A stretch of DNA of 64,000 nt, from assembly GCA_964016885.1 (NCBI GenBank), contig OZ024752.1, positions 37,820,001 to 37,884,000 on the forward strand, given 5' to 3'. Source of the stretch: Eledone cirrhosa (Eukaryota). The position numbers and the translations under genes were made by a program. Numbering within the stretch: the first letter of the stretch is position 1; each line of letters begins with the position of its first letter. Shown in pieces: positions 63,763 to 64,000 of the stretch. The notes under the pieces were generated by a model. The model saw nothing but the letters and a program-made list of their open reading frames with translations, made no database searches and had not been told where the DNA came from.

Positions 63763-64000
63763 TTATATATATGTGTGTGTGTGTGAGTGTGAGAGTGTGT
63801 GAGTGTGTGTGTGTGTGTATGAAGGTGAATGGCTTAGTGGTTAGAGCATTGGACTTGCAATCAAAAGGTTGTGAGTTCGATTCTCGGACCAGGTGACGTT
63901 TTGTGTCCTTGAGCAAGACACTTCCTTTCACGTTGCCTCAGTTTACTCAGATGTAGAAATGAGTTGCGACGCCACTGGTGCCAATCTGTATCGGGCACAG

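Overview
AT-rich, repeat-dense eukaryotic (metazoan) genomic DNA; the repeat complement (CORE-type tRNA-SINEs with (ATG)n tails, RTE/CR1/Penelope remnants, very long (TA)n tracts) suggests an octopod cephalopod, which is an inference. Three gene regions are present. (1) The 3' 20 coding exons of TMF1 (TATA element modulatory factor/golgin, + strand, 2993-22440) splice phase-consistently into 655 aa. (2) A complete 4-exon CDK9 (+ strand, 28511-36838, 366 aa) has an ETS/E2F promoter, a possible in-frame CUG start, and one large final exon where vertebrates have four. (3) An unidentified minus-strand gene has a (QEYP)n/Pro-rich, PPxY-containing exon (58605-59017) and candidate downstream exons. 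The most notable pattern is a recurring class of small fold-back (inverted-repeat) elements embedded in (TA)n tracts. At least four unrelated sequence families carry intact, half or decayed hammerhead-ribozyme motifs (30020-30424, 63375-63440, 45362-45472/63560-63686, 55355-55620, 45750-46040), and a decayed Penelope-like element (RT + GIY-YIG + hammerhead) is also in the window. Most ORFs in the supplied track are microsatellite or SINE artefacts. All coordinates and folds were read by eye and may be off by a few bases.
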